Shown: positions 14,001 through 25,600 of the stretch, piece after piece | Numbering within the stretch: the first letter of the stretch is position 1 | Layout: each line of letters starts with the position of its first letter | Source: Hormiphora californensis | Taxonomy: Eukaryota; Animalia; Ctenophora | Reading direction: 5' to 3' | NCBI GenBank assembly: GCA_020137815.1 | Contig: CM035360.1 | Location: forward strand, 3,038,001-3,102,000 | DNA length: 64,000 bases | Translations under genes and position numbers: made by a program | The notes under the pieces: generated by a model | What the model was told of the DNA's origin: nothing | Database searches by the model: none | What the model saw: the letters and a program-made list of their open reading frames with translations, nothing else

Positions 14001-16977
14001 TGGAATCCTCTCCTCACCTGTTAGCCTGTGATGTTCAATCTTGCGCTTCACTTTTGCTTTAGCAGTAAACGTATCCTTTTTAAGCTGCATGTTAGTAGCT
14101 CCAGTGTCCGGGATCACCTCCCTCAATGCTGCAATGTCTCTGTTGGCCTCGACTAATGAGCAGTGTAGGATGATTTTTCGCCGGGCTTCCAGGAGGATGG
14201 CACTGCATTTCTCGGCTAAGTCTTCATAGGCAAAAGATCTACCGACCCTGGGCCACAAGGATGGGAGTATGCTTGATTGGAGTAAGCTAGGATCCAATGA
14301 AGATACCAGAAGGGACCTCTGGGCAACCTTTCTAGCTAGCTGTGTGACCTCTCGTATCATCACTCAAATGTTAAAACGTCCACACTACACTCAGGGGCCC
14401 CAAAACTGGTATAATCGCTGTTCCCTTTCCCCTCTGATTAAGACAGTGGTAGATAACATTTGTGTTTGGAACGAGATGCAGCTCCCCCGAGGAGTGTTGG
14501 ACTGAACCTAGTCGTCTCCTCCCGCCCTCAGCATGGTGTTACACAGCAGATAGGGGATTGGGGTAGGGCTTAAAGAAAACGACGAGGTATCAGGTGTAAA
14601 GGCCTTTCGGCTAAAATGCCATCTTCAGTACATCCTGCAACATAGAGAGTTAATACAACAGGTCACAAAACACTGCCACACACACACACACAGACCACCA
14701 AGAGAATCGCCCTGAATCTTCTCCTCTTTCCACCAAAGAACCAAACTAGGCGACACGGTTGTGAAGTGATAGATTTAGGATTAAAGAGAGACTTAGACGG
14801 GTGTATGTCAGTGTAACAGAGCATTCAAAATGAAACAAACATGAAACTGCAAATGTATGAACTGTTTGTCTTAGCTAAAGTATTTGCCTGGCAGCTGGCT
14901 AGACTGTCTTTCAAAGGGTTTGAACAAAACAACTAAAGTATACAACAGCTAGGATTGTGGACCCTGGGGCCTTGACTTGACGGTTCCTAAATCACAATGT
15001 GACTTGTTAAAGTACAACAGTATGGACAGTGTGACGGGAGTGTGTTTACCTGTCGGTTCAGATAAGATATCATCTTAGCAGTAATGACACTCTTGATCTT
15101 GTTAATAATGACACTCTCCTGCAGGAGCTCCCTGCTCAAATTCAGCGGGACATCCTCACTGTCAACCACCCCTTGAGAAAAGTGAGATCGTTACTGGTTA
15201 CTATAGAGAAAAGGAGAGTTTGTTACATTAACTAAGGAGAGAACAAAAGAGAGTTTGTTACATTAACTAAGGAGAGATTACCTTGTAGGAACAACAACCA
15301 CTCTGGAACAAGTTTCGGGTTCCGTGCTTGGACCATCACCTTCCTGCTATACAGAGATATCCCGAAGTTTCCCATGCTGGAGATATCGATTTGGGGCATA
15401 AACTCAGGAACGTACAGGACACATTTGATACTGACTGGTGTGTCGACCGAGAACTGCATAGTGTACATTGGGGAATCACGCCTGGTTGAGAGGGACTGGT
15501 ATAGCTCAACATGTTCCTCCTCAGTGACCTCACTGGCTCTCCTAACCCAGAGTGGATCCACAGTGTTGACCTGGGTCCCCTCCAGCATGACAGGAAACCC
15601 TACAAAGTTGCTGTGTTTTTGTAACACCTCCCGGATCCGGTCCTTTCTACAGAATTCTTCCGCGTCCTCCCGCAGTTGGATTACTATGCGTGTTCCACGA
15701 GGGATACCAACACCTGAGAAAAGTGAGATCGTTACTGGTTACTATAGAGAAAAGAAGAGTTTGTTACATTAACTAAGGAGAGAACAAAAGAGAGATTGTG
15801 GTAACAACTAAAGAGAGATTACCTTCAGCGATCTCATATCCATCAGCACCATTACTATTCCACACCAGGCCCGGACTACCCGGCACAGCACTGCGTGTCA
15901 TGACTGTCACATGGTGGCCCACCATGAAGGCCGAATAGAATCCAACCCCAAACTGACCAATAATGTTACTCCCCTTGTTGTCCCCAGACTCTGACTGATT
16001 CTTCTTAACAAACTCCTTGGACCCTGACCGGGCGATGGTTCCCAGATTGGCTATTAGTTCATCACGAGTCATGCCAATGCCGGTGTCCCCGATAGTGATC
16101 GATTTGAGGGAGTCAGACAGGGAGATTTGTATGGATGGTTCCAGATCAGGAGACTCTATTTCATCTCCCACTACTTGTCGGTATCGGAGTTTCTCTAGGG
16201 CATCCGCGGCGTTGGACACCAACTCTCTTAGGAACACCTGTGAATAGAAATGTTTTGAGCAGGAACCGACCGAATCAGGAAATACTGGTCCCTGATTGGA
16301 TGTTAACCAGTCACGTGACCTAAATAACGAGTTCTGATTGGTTGTTTACTTGTGTCGGTCGGTTCCTGCCTTCTACTACTACGTAGGATACTAAGTGTGA
16401 CGAATTTAAATAAAGTATTATACCTCACGTTCAGAGTAAAGACTCTTGGCGACAATGTCCAGGAGTTGCCGTGTCTCTGCTTTGAACTCCATCTGTTGAG
16501 GGGCTGCTGCCTCAGAGGAGAGAGGGCGGTGTTGGAAGTTGCTTGTAGAACAGATAACAGTCCTGAGAAGTGAGGGGTGGTGATGATTTGACCATAAACA
16601 TGGAAAATAGCAATGCTGAAATTGAACCGTTGGTCGCCGCGGTGGAATTTGCGGAGACAGTCAAACAGTTCAATGGTAATGTGTTGGGGTCATTATGGGA
16701 TTAGATTGAGGGGGGTCATGTTGAGGGGGGGGTCATGGCAATTGTCAGGGTCACATTGGGGGTCCTGTAACATTAGATGTTAATTGCCAGGAAATAATGG
16801 TCCCTGATTGGCTGATAACCAGTCACGTGACCTAAATAACGAGCTCTGATTGGTTGTTTACTTGGTCCTGTAACATGTTAATTGTCAGGGTCATTATTAC
16901 CTTGCAACAGCGTTTTGTCCCCGGCTGCTTCTAACCCAAGCTGATCGAGACGCAGGTACTCTAATAACCCATCTCAT
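9645..16977 (-). CDS. TRAP1: Mitochondrial HSP90 / HSP75 (TRAP1), 8 exons: 16901-16977, 16424-16562, 15823-16237, 15282-15713, 15050-15171, 11603-11803, 11010-11134, 9645-10158 (2025 nt, 674 aa)
   Basis: Arg/Ser-rich N-terminal presequence; motifs [75 protein letters not shown] and [10 protein letters not shown]. All GT-AG phases are consistent and there is no MEEVD/KDEL tail. Confidence 0.95.
10350..10458 (+). mobile_element. MITE family A, full length (109 bp)
   Basis: 14-bp TIR CAGGAACCGACCGA / TCGGTCGGTTCCTG. Confidence 0.9.
10813..11002. repeat. (GA)n microsatellite in TRAP1 intron 7
   Basis: Direct reading. Confidence 0.95.
11150..11432. repeat. 21-bp minisatellite GTGGTTACCAGGGAGGTTACT in TRAP1 intron 6
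   Basis: About 13 degenerate copies. Confidence 0.9.
12160..12480. repeat. 51-bp tandem repeat, about 6 copies
   Basis: Unit CAAGGTAACGTTTTGCCTTTGAGAGTGTCTTGAGTTGAGTTTGGTCTGGAA. Confidence 0.9.
12914..13807. repeat. Near-identical about 190-bp tandem units (3 full plus a partial); part of the block recurs at about 14735-15049
   Basis: ACAAGAAAACGAGCAGGTATTGAGTGCG... starts at about 12914, 13104, 13298 and 13700. Confidence 0.9.
13846..13892 (-). ncRNA. Minimal type I hammerhead ribozyme motif, copy 1
   Basis: UAGGaUGUA-CUGAAGA-u-GGC(AUUUUA)GCC-GAA-A(GGCC)U-U/UACACCUG: intact core, stems I and II, and a 1-bp stem III with a palindromic loop. Confidence 0.75.
14591..14637 (-). ncRNA. Minimal type I hammerhead ribozyme motif, copy 2
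   Basis: Same core; stem I is CAGGaUGUA/UACACCUG (8 bp with a bulged A). Confidence 0.75.
16260..16368 (+). mobile_element. MITE family A, full length
   Basis: Both 14-bp TIRs present; lies in TRAP1 intron 2. Confidence 0.9.
16788..16863 (+). mobile_element. MITE family A internal fragment flanked by a host direct repeat
   Basis: Core without TIRs between two copies of GGTCCTGTAACAT..GTTAATTG.CAGG. Confidence 0.8.
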
Positions 16978-17401
16978 TATTATGATGCTAAAACATATTA
17001 TGAGTGTTAATTAAAATAAAATACATCATCCTTTGGAGGTTGCTTTAGGGGGGGGGGGGGGGGGGGTAAGTGTCAGTCTCAGGAGTAGAAATGACGTGTC
17101 ATAGGGCAAGTAGTATTGCTTGCGAAAGGAGGGGGAGGAAGGGTTATATTAACGCTATGGTGTCAACTCGAGGAGCAGGGGCGTAAAAATATAACGGAGT
17201 CATATTATTTAATAAGTTACGTAATAATTTAATACTTGCGAAGTTAATACAAAATATCATGTGTAAAAATATCCATTGTTTCATTTCGTCATTTTAATCT
17301 GACCTAATATTTCTCTGTATGGCGGCGCCATACACCATTTGGTTCTCAACAGTGCGCTCAGATGGGGTCGCGGCGCCAGACAGAGATTTCTACTATTTAT
17401 T

Positions 17402-19579
17402 TCAACCTAAAAACTGGCGAATATCCCTAGTCCCTTTTCCACATTTCTGTTTCTTATCACTCAACCTCTTCATCAGTGCTTTAGTCTCTGCTTTATGGCA
17501 GATAGTACAGAGTGTCCTAAAGTTATCGATATCGCTCAAACCACCACCCTCGGCTACCGGTATGATGTGATCCGCCTGCCACAGCAGTCCTTCCCTCGGC
17601 TGTGTGAGAATGGCACTTTTCTGCTTATCTGAAAAATGAACGTTTTCGATCAGAAATTACAGAAGAAACAATATATTTTACATGTATCGTTCGACGACCG
17701 TTACTGACAATATGTATTGACTACCATTTCATGCATTTCACAAGTTAACCAACAAGTCTAGACCCATGGATAGTTATCAACAGTGCAATGTTATCCAACA
17801 AGTCTAAAATTTAGACTTCTTAGACTCTAAATCAATTGTAATACAGTCGGACCCCGATTTAGTGGTACCCCGATTTAGTGGCACCCCGATTTAGTGGCAG
17901 GATTTTTTTACAGGAAAGCGCCAACTTCCTATATGGCTCACCCCGATTTAATGGACAAAACCCTTTCCCCCGACTGTATACCTGTTAGATCACGAAGAGT
18001 AGTGCCATTAATCAGCTTCACCTTCTCTTCACTTCTCTCCAATACCTTCAACCTTCTCGCTAGCATGCTTGTATCCAGACCACACACCTAAAAGAGATAG
18101 AGAGATATTGGTTATGACGTTACTTCCCACCTAGAGAGAGTTGTTGTTCAAATAGTATAGACCAGGAGGGAAATATTGACCGTGAAGAACAATGATAGTG
18201 GATGGATTGAATCCTAAGGATCAGGAACCGACCGAATCAGGAAATACTGGTCCCTGATTGGCTAATAACCAGTCACGTGACCTAAATAACGAGTTCTGAT
18301 TGGTTGTTTACTTGTGTCGGTCGGTTCCTGAGATAATCATATGTGCAGTTCAATTGTTGAATACTTGCCTGACAAACGCCCAGTTCCAGATCAAACAGTA
18401 TCTTCCTCACAAACTGAGCACTGGCCTTCACCCCGTAACTCTTGGAACACTCCAAGGAGCAAAATCTGCCCTGGAATGGCAACTTTGACAGCTGGACATT
18501 GGAATTAAAGTCCAACTCCTCGACCCCGTTAAACTTGAGCTGAGAGCTAACAACACCAGAACATGTCATACAAAGTGGACTGCCATTCTCCGTGCTAAAG
18601 TTTTGTGTCATTTTTATCCGTTTGTTCTTCGCCTTGTAGGTCCGGGTCCGGGTTATGGAGGTGGTTGATTGGGAGGGTTGGTGAAGGGTTGGGGCGTGCC
18701 GGGTTGTTGTTGTCAGCCGGGAATTGTATAATGGAACGCACTTCATCATCAACACTGGATATCACCCTAAAGAGGTTAACGATAGCTTAGGAAATGTATA
18801 GAGATAGGAAAAGAGTTAAAAGGGTGCTTTTTCTTAAAGAGAAACAAGAACATCCCCAACCTAGCTACGAGATTGGTAACGAAGTTACCCCTCCCTTGCC
18901 GGCGCGGCGTGCGAAGCACGCCAAACGAGTGTGAGGTGTCTTCGATACCAAGCTACGAGAGGAAACCTAGAGGGAGAGATAGGGAGAGAGAGGTAGTACC
19001 TGTTGTATAGTTTTGATTGCGTTGCCTTGGTGATGGTTGACCACCGTTTTGCAAATGATCTTGCTGCTTTAAGGTAGCTGGTGCTGCTCAGTAGGAACGG
19101 GCAGGAGGAGACATCAGAACAGAGAATGTCATCAATCAAACAGTTTTCACCCAGGTACTCCCCTGGGATAAGTGAACAAGTAGTTAATTAATTAATTAAT
19201 TAACTAATTAACTAATTAGTTAACTAATTAACTAATTAGTTAACTAATTAGGTAATTAATAATAATTTGTGTCTGTTCGTCTTTGTGGATCTGCTCAACT
19301 TTGTGAGTTCGTGCGCATCTGTATGTTCGTCGATTTGTAACGTGAGTCAGTCCGTAATCCGTATTATATTCGTCATTGTAAAATTTTGAGATATAATATA
19401 ATTCTTTAGGTACCACTGCTTGTACAACTTATAACACCCCCCAGTGTTATAAGTGAAAACTTGTAACACCCCCCAGTGTTATAAGTGAAAACTTATAACA
19501 CTGGGAGGTGATACATGAAAACTTATAACACCGCTGCACTTAGAACTCCACCGTTAGAAAGATAAACGTGTACGAACTC

Positions 19580-19646
<67 letters not shown>

Positions 19647-22600
19647 ATGTCACACTCTCACGCCGTTGCAGCACCGAGATCAAGATAACAGTTACGAACT
19701 CCCGGACCCACACATTCTTTATCTCTCTCACTCTCACTAATCTCTCACTCTCTTTACCTATCTCAGGCGTTATCTTATCTTATACTGATTTCTCTGCCTG
19801 CTACCTTATCATGAATTTGTTCTAATTGTTACGCCCTAAAGTGTCTCTCACTCTTGTTTAAAAAATTTTACAATGCAATTTTATTATGCCTGTTTTCGTT
19901 GTACCTGACGTCAACAATAATGTCCCAGATTCGTACACTTTTAGACCTCGCAGGCTCGGTCAAAAAGTAAAACTACATCACTCGCAGGCTCGTGAGGTAG
20001 TTACACTTATTGCCACTCGCAGGCTCGTGCACTAAAGTACAAGAATCTGCCTCGACCTGTGGTCTCGGATCATTATTGTTGCACTTATAACACTCGACCT
20101 TCGGTCTCGTGTTATAAGTTTTCAGGTACAACTTATAGGCATAATAAAATCCTACAGTATAATGTGATTTCCAGGAACCGACCGAATCAGGAAATACTGG
20201 TCCCTGATTGGCTGATAACCAGTCAAATGACCTAAATAACGAGATCTGATTGGTTATTTACTTGTGTCGGTTCCTAGTGATTTCTCACCTGCACCATCAT
20301 AAAAGTAGAGGCGGTCGGTGAATGCACTAACAGAGAAGAGGATGGTATCCGTCCCCTCAAATAGGTCCTCATTGGAATCCTCGCTAATATCACATTCTTC
20401 GCCTTGCTCGACCCTGTCAACATCACATTCTAATCCATTCTCTTGATTTTCTGCAACGACTTCAGTTTCCAAAACAGCCATCTCATCTGCTGCATTCCCG
20501 TTACTATCACCGGTTGCAGAGCCCATCAGGTTTGTATTAATAGAAGGCTCGACAGCAAGTAGCTCTACACTGGTCTCAAGGTTTTCTGTATCATCCTGCC
20601 CTGGATTTGCGAAATATTTAGATGAAGTTTCCTCGCCCGTGCAATGCCTCTTTGCTTGTCCTTCCTTCCCTTCCCGGCATTTCCTTTTTCCTTCTTTCTC
20701 AGATACTAAAACACCATCCTCCTCGTCACTCGAGATCACCAATATATTCCTAACAGCACCCTTCTTCTTCTTCTTTTCACCCTTCTCAGTGTTGGCCCTC
20801 CTTTTAAACATACTCAACCTGAGCCTGTCTCTCTTCTCCTCAGCCTGGCTGAGAACCAGGTCTGTCATTGTCTTAGCGGGGGTTACAAAGTCACGGTCCC
20901 CGGGGGATGCGAATAGTTTAGAGCTGCTAGGGCTGGATGAGAACAGTTTAGTTTGTCCTGGAGTCAGGGGTGTGGGGGAGTGAGCTCGTCGGATGGTGCC
21001 TGGTCGGGCAGGAGTACTGCTGCTGGTAGTGCCTGATGATGAGGTAACCTGGGAGGAGGGAGACTGTTCAATTTACAATTATTGCGGCAATATCTCGAGT
21101 GGATCATTGCACTTATCATCACACAATCTACACGTCGAATCACCCCCTCCCCTCTGTATTGAATACCCAATTTGGTAGCGCGGCTACAGTGTAGGGGTGA
21201 CTGCGTCACCAAATACCCAATTAATAGTTCGGATTTAAACAATATAAATTGTGTACCTGTTTGTTGTTTCCACAATATATTTTGTACCTGTTTGCAGTTT
21301 CCACAATATATTTTGTACCTGTTTGTTGTTTCCACCACCCCTAACAGGTGTAACTCCACACGCCGCCAGTAGTTCCTTCACCCCCTCCCCGTTCTCTATC
21401 TCATCAGTTCTCATATCTCCTCCTTGAATACCTTCCAGCGCCTGTGCCACTACATCAACCTAAACATGGAAAATAAACAGGAACCCTTTTCATTTTTCCA
21501 AAAAATAGGGAACAGGGTCATAAACGAGACCCAAAAATTGTGTTCAAACCCTTTTTATTTTTCAAAAAAGTTTGGAACGGAAACAGGGTCGAGCAAGTCA
21601 AGGACAGTATACATAGTATTTCTATGTTTTACAATTATTGGTCTAAAGATACATGAAAAGTAGAATTAATTCAGCTAACCTTGTTGTTGAGTTTCCTCCA
21701 TAGCATTTCATCAATTGTTCCCAATCCAATCAGGTAGTACACATTCACCGCATTCTTCTGCGATATCCTGAAAGTAAAGTGTCAGTGTAGAAACTATAAT
21801 ATATAGTGTTTGGGCACGAGGTCCCCCTTTCTCTCTCTCCTGTGCTGCTGCTGTACTCTCGCGAGATAAGAGACGGAACCGGGAACACCCTTCTCAAATA
21901 TAGTATTAACTTGGGTAAATGCTTATGCATCCCCCAAGCCTGGCTCCACGGGGTGGGGGGGGGGCAACACTCTACTCTGCTCACCGGTGGGGGGGGGCAC
22001 ATCTCTCCTCCACTCCCCGGGTTTGATCAAAACAACACCTCAAATATATTATGTGAGCTCCTTCATTGTAGTGCTAGGATACAGGTCTGTACAAATGTGA
22101 CACCTCCATCCCAAAGAAAAATAAAACGGAGAAGAAAAATATAAGTTAACCCCCAATAACCCGATTTATCGGGATATATCCTTTCCCCCGAGCATCCCTT
22201 TAAATCAGGGTCCGATTGTAAAAGTAAAACTAAAACTCAAACATTGGCAATTTTTTCAAAATAACAATTTATTTTTTAAACCAGCTTTTTGAAACTGTTC
22301 TTTAGCAATTGACTTTTTTTACTTTTTTTTTTCATTTTTCCTTTTTTTAATTAAAAACAACCCGATACCGATCGGAATCACTGCCCAATGTAGTTCTCCA
22401 ATCTGCATCCAAAACTAAAAGTCAAAACCTACGGCCAATATGACTCGGTGAACCAGCCTTTAACTTTTAGACATCGGCCTATCTATCAGGACTCCATATT
22501 TAATTCCACAGCCCTTAAGGGTTATTGTTTGTTCATATAGTTAAATGTTTATAGCTGCAGGGATATCTTGTTCAGCTGCAGTAAGAACTCATAAACTTTA

Positions 22601-25600
22601 GTTTGCAGAATTTCAGTGCGGCAGAAACGGTTTCACTGTTGTAGAGCAGAGGATTGATGACGGCATTTATGGGCATAATGGTTAGAGAGAAAACCTGGTA
22701 CCATGGTGACATATCAACCACCTCGGCGCCTGTGGAGGGCACAACAAATCAGAAACGGCATCCAGCAGCAGAAATCCGTGGCACAAACTAGCATAATTTT
22801 CCGGTTTAGCTTCGATGAAAGATTGCTTCCCTCCACAGAGTTGTTCCGTGTTACCAGAACCGCAATGACAGTGTGACACAGAGCCACAGTTAGGGCAAAC
22901 GAATTGCAGGGAAATGTATGACCATACAAATTAGCTGGGATCATCTGGAAGGACAAAGAACTTGAACAAGCAAACCGGATCATTTCCATAGAAGGATAAA
23001 TTCCTGTGCTGTATCCCACCGTTATCTGTAGTAAAAATCTGCTCACAATACTCCTGATCCTCGCCAGAGAGCCAGTTTCGGATTGGTAATCATCCTGGTG
23101 CCATGGTATCCCTGGATAATTGGTAGGAGCTTCTCTTTGTCATCACTCCCAGGAAGAGCTGAGCTGCATCTTCGTATGTAATCCCATTAACAAAGCCATC
23201 CTCAAAGCTGGGTATGATCGGGGTAACACAAACTGACTGCCACGAAACTGATTGCGATCACCATAAGGAATACTTTCTTCTTGAACTTCTGGTCGATATC
23301 CTTGGACCTCCGGTATCGCAGACCACGTGTAGTTCCCTGGAGCTTGAAGAGGCTGACTACAGCCATAGAGAGAGACGTGATAGTGGTGCCTGTTGTGCTG
23401 ACAATTCCGATAAATTACAGGCCAGCTGCTGACCCAAGCTAGTTGCTTCTCACAGAAACTATTTTGATAAGCCCAGTGAAAAGCTACCAGAATCAGTAGG
23501 TATGATGATGTAAGGAAGTCTCCTAGTGCAATGAGTGTGGAAAAAAACTCTGTTCACAAACGTACTGTCCGTCTTTGAAGGTTCATCCCAGAAGAGACTT
23601 TTAGAGATCTGGACTAAACTCAACACTGTCCCGATTACACCCATCAAAGTTGCACAAACCATGATTCCGGTATTTTCAATAGACCTTCGATGGCAAACAC
23701 TGTTGCATTCGTCCGAAAAATCAGGACTGTCCCATCGCACATTTGACTAACCGCTACGTATCTACTGCTTTCGCTGCATTTCACGCTATTTTCGCAATTC
23801 CCTTCGTCTGACCCATCCCCACAGTCATCCACCAAATCACAAACCTTGGAAAATGGTAAGCAGATGTAGTTGTTACATGCAAAGAAGTATTGTGATAGCC
23901 GTATCTGTCTTTTGCTATCACAGTGACGCCGGTTGTGCAATGGAATACTGGGTATTCTTGATATTTCCACAAGATGAGTGCAGGATTGGTTTTTTCAGAG
24001 GACACTTTGTGTTATGACACTGGCCACTGCAACTTTTTAAGACATACTGTTTACCAAAGAAGTAGCGGCAATCACTTTGAAGTTGAGAGACAGTCAGTCG
24101 AGTTGTGAGAGTTTTACCTTCAAACTCATGAAATGGATGAATGAAATCCTTTTCAGTACATCCGTCGCCGATCAGTTCTCTTAATGCTTCCAATCCTTTT
24201 TGGCACCATCCACTCCGTATTATTCGATCGTTACCTTTAACAGTTCGGTAAAAGCAGATCTAGTCACGCGTATGGGAGTTCTGGCAGGCTTTTCCTCCGC
24301 ACGTTGCCGCAGTTGCACAAACTTCTTCCAGCTCCAGATATTCCAATGCCTCCTCGGTCGACACAAGAAGACATCGCTACATTTCCATCTCTCTGGATCC
24401 TGTTTGTTGATCCTGTTCCAACCTCTCCCAGCTGAATCTCATCGTGTCCTCCACACAATCAACCATGCCGTCCTGAACCCAATCGTAGGAATGGGTAGTA
24501 AAGATGTTACCTGAGTCATCCTCCGTTCACACTTTGTCTAGTGAGCCTGCTACATGCACCAAGTTTCTCATCCGCACCTGAGTTGCAGTCACTATGACCG
24601 TCACAAGTCGGTGTTGTGAACGCGACAATGACGATCAGTTGTAAAACACTTTCCATCTAGTTTGTCATCGCACAGGATGGCATCTTTAACACACAGGATG
24701 TGGGTTGAAATGTCGTGGGAATCCATCTACCATGCATTCCCGCTACAAACCCCGAGTAGGAACAGTTGGTCTGATCAAGCCACTAGTACAGTACGGTTGG
24801 TACTGTCTGTTGCCGGCGGCAAGGAAACTCCTACCATTCTAATGACGTTGTAAATAAAAAACAACGAGTACGGTTGTTTAGCGGAAACTTGAAGTCGTCT
24901 TTCTCTGGACAAGTTTTTTCAAACTGCATCAGTTCCTTAATTTTATCGTCTGTAAAAAAGACAGTAGGGGAAAGATACCCGATTCTGTGATGACACCATA
25001 TGACAACCCATTACAATCCAACTCATCAATACACCTCCAATTAACATTGAAGGTCTTCAAATCCATAATCACACTTCCCGTCGCACACAAGATTGGGGCG
25101 AATAGGGAAGCTGACATTTGGAAAGCGAGGTACGGTGTAACTGTAATTAGAATCCAGTCGCTGATCCTCAGGGCAGTATTGCTCATCTGTAAACTGATAG
25201 GCGTGTTCCTTAGCATTCCAACACAAGCGACCACACACAGGAGGAGAATCAAACAGCCGGATCCTGAAACCTTTGTACGGAAGCAGTTTCTGAAACAGAA
25301 ACCTAGCTATGCAAGCTTGATAGCCTGCGGAGTCGTGTGGGCAGAGCCGTGTCACCAAGTTAATTTTACCACGAAGTGCAAATAAATATCGTGAGAACGC
25401 TCCGAAGGTGAGGTTTGAGTTGGGGCACTGGAATGTTTCAACCCCTGCTTCAAACGAGCATGACTTAGCGAGAAATGGACCGGTTTCTTTTATGTTGCAG
25501 TTGTTGTAGATGTGACAGTTAATATGAATCACACAATGACCAATTATAGTCAGCACTAGCAGATAAAACCGCCACATTTGTAACCATGTAGAAGTCAGGT

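Larger units (their letters stand above)
13808..14730 (-). mobile_element. Penelope-like / retrozyme-like unit: about 180-bp direct repeats with hammerhead motifs and a 152-aa ORF (13905-14363)
   Basis: 13808-13987 repeats at 14552-14730 and each copy holds a minimal type I hammerhead. The ORF is helical and basic with RKRRRF, reminiscent of a PLE ORF N-terminus (inference). Confidence 0.6.
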
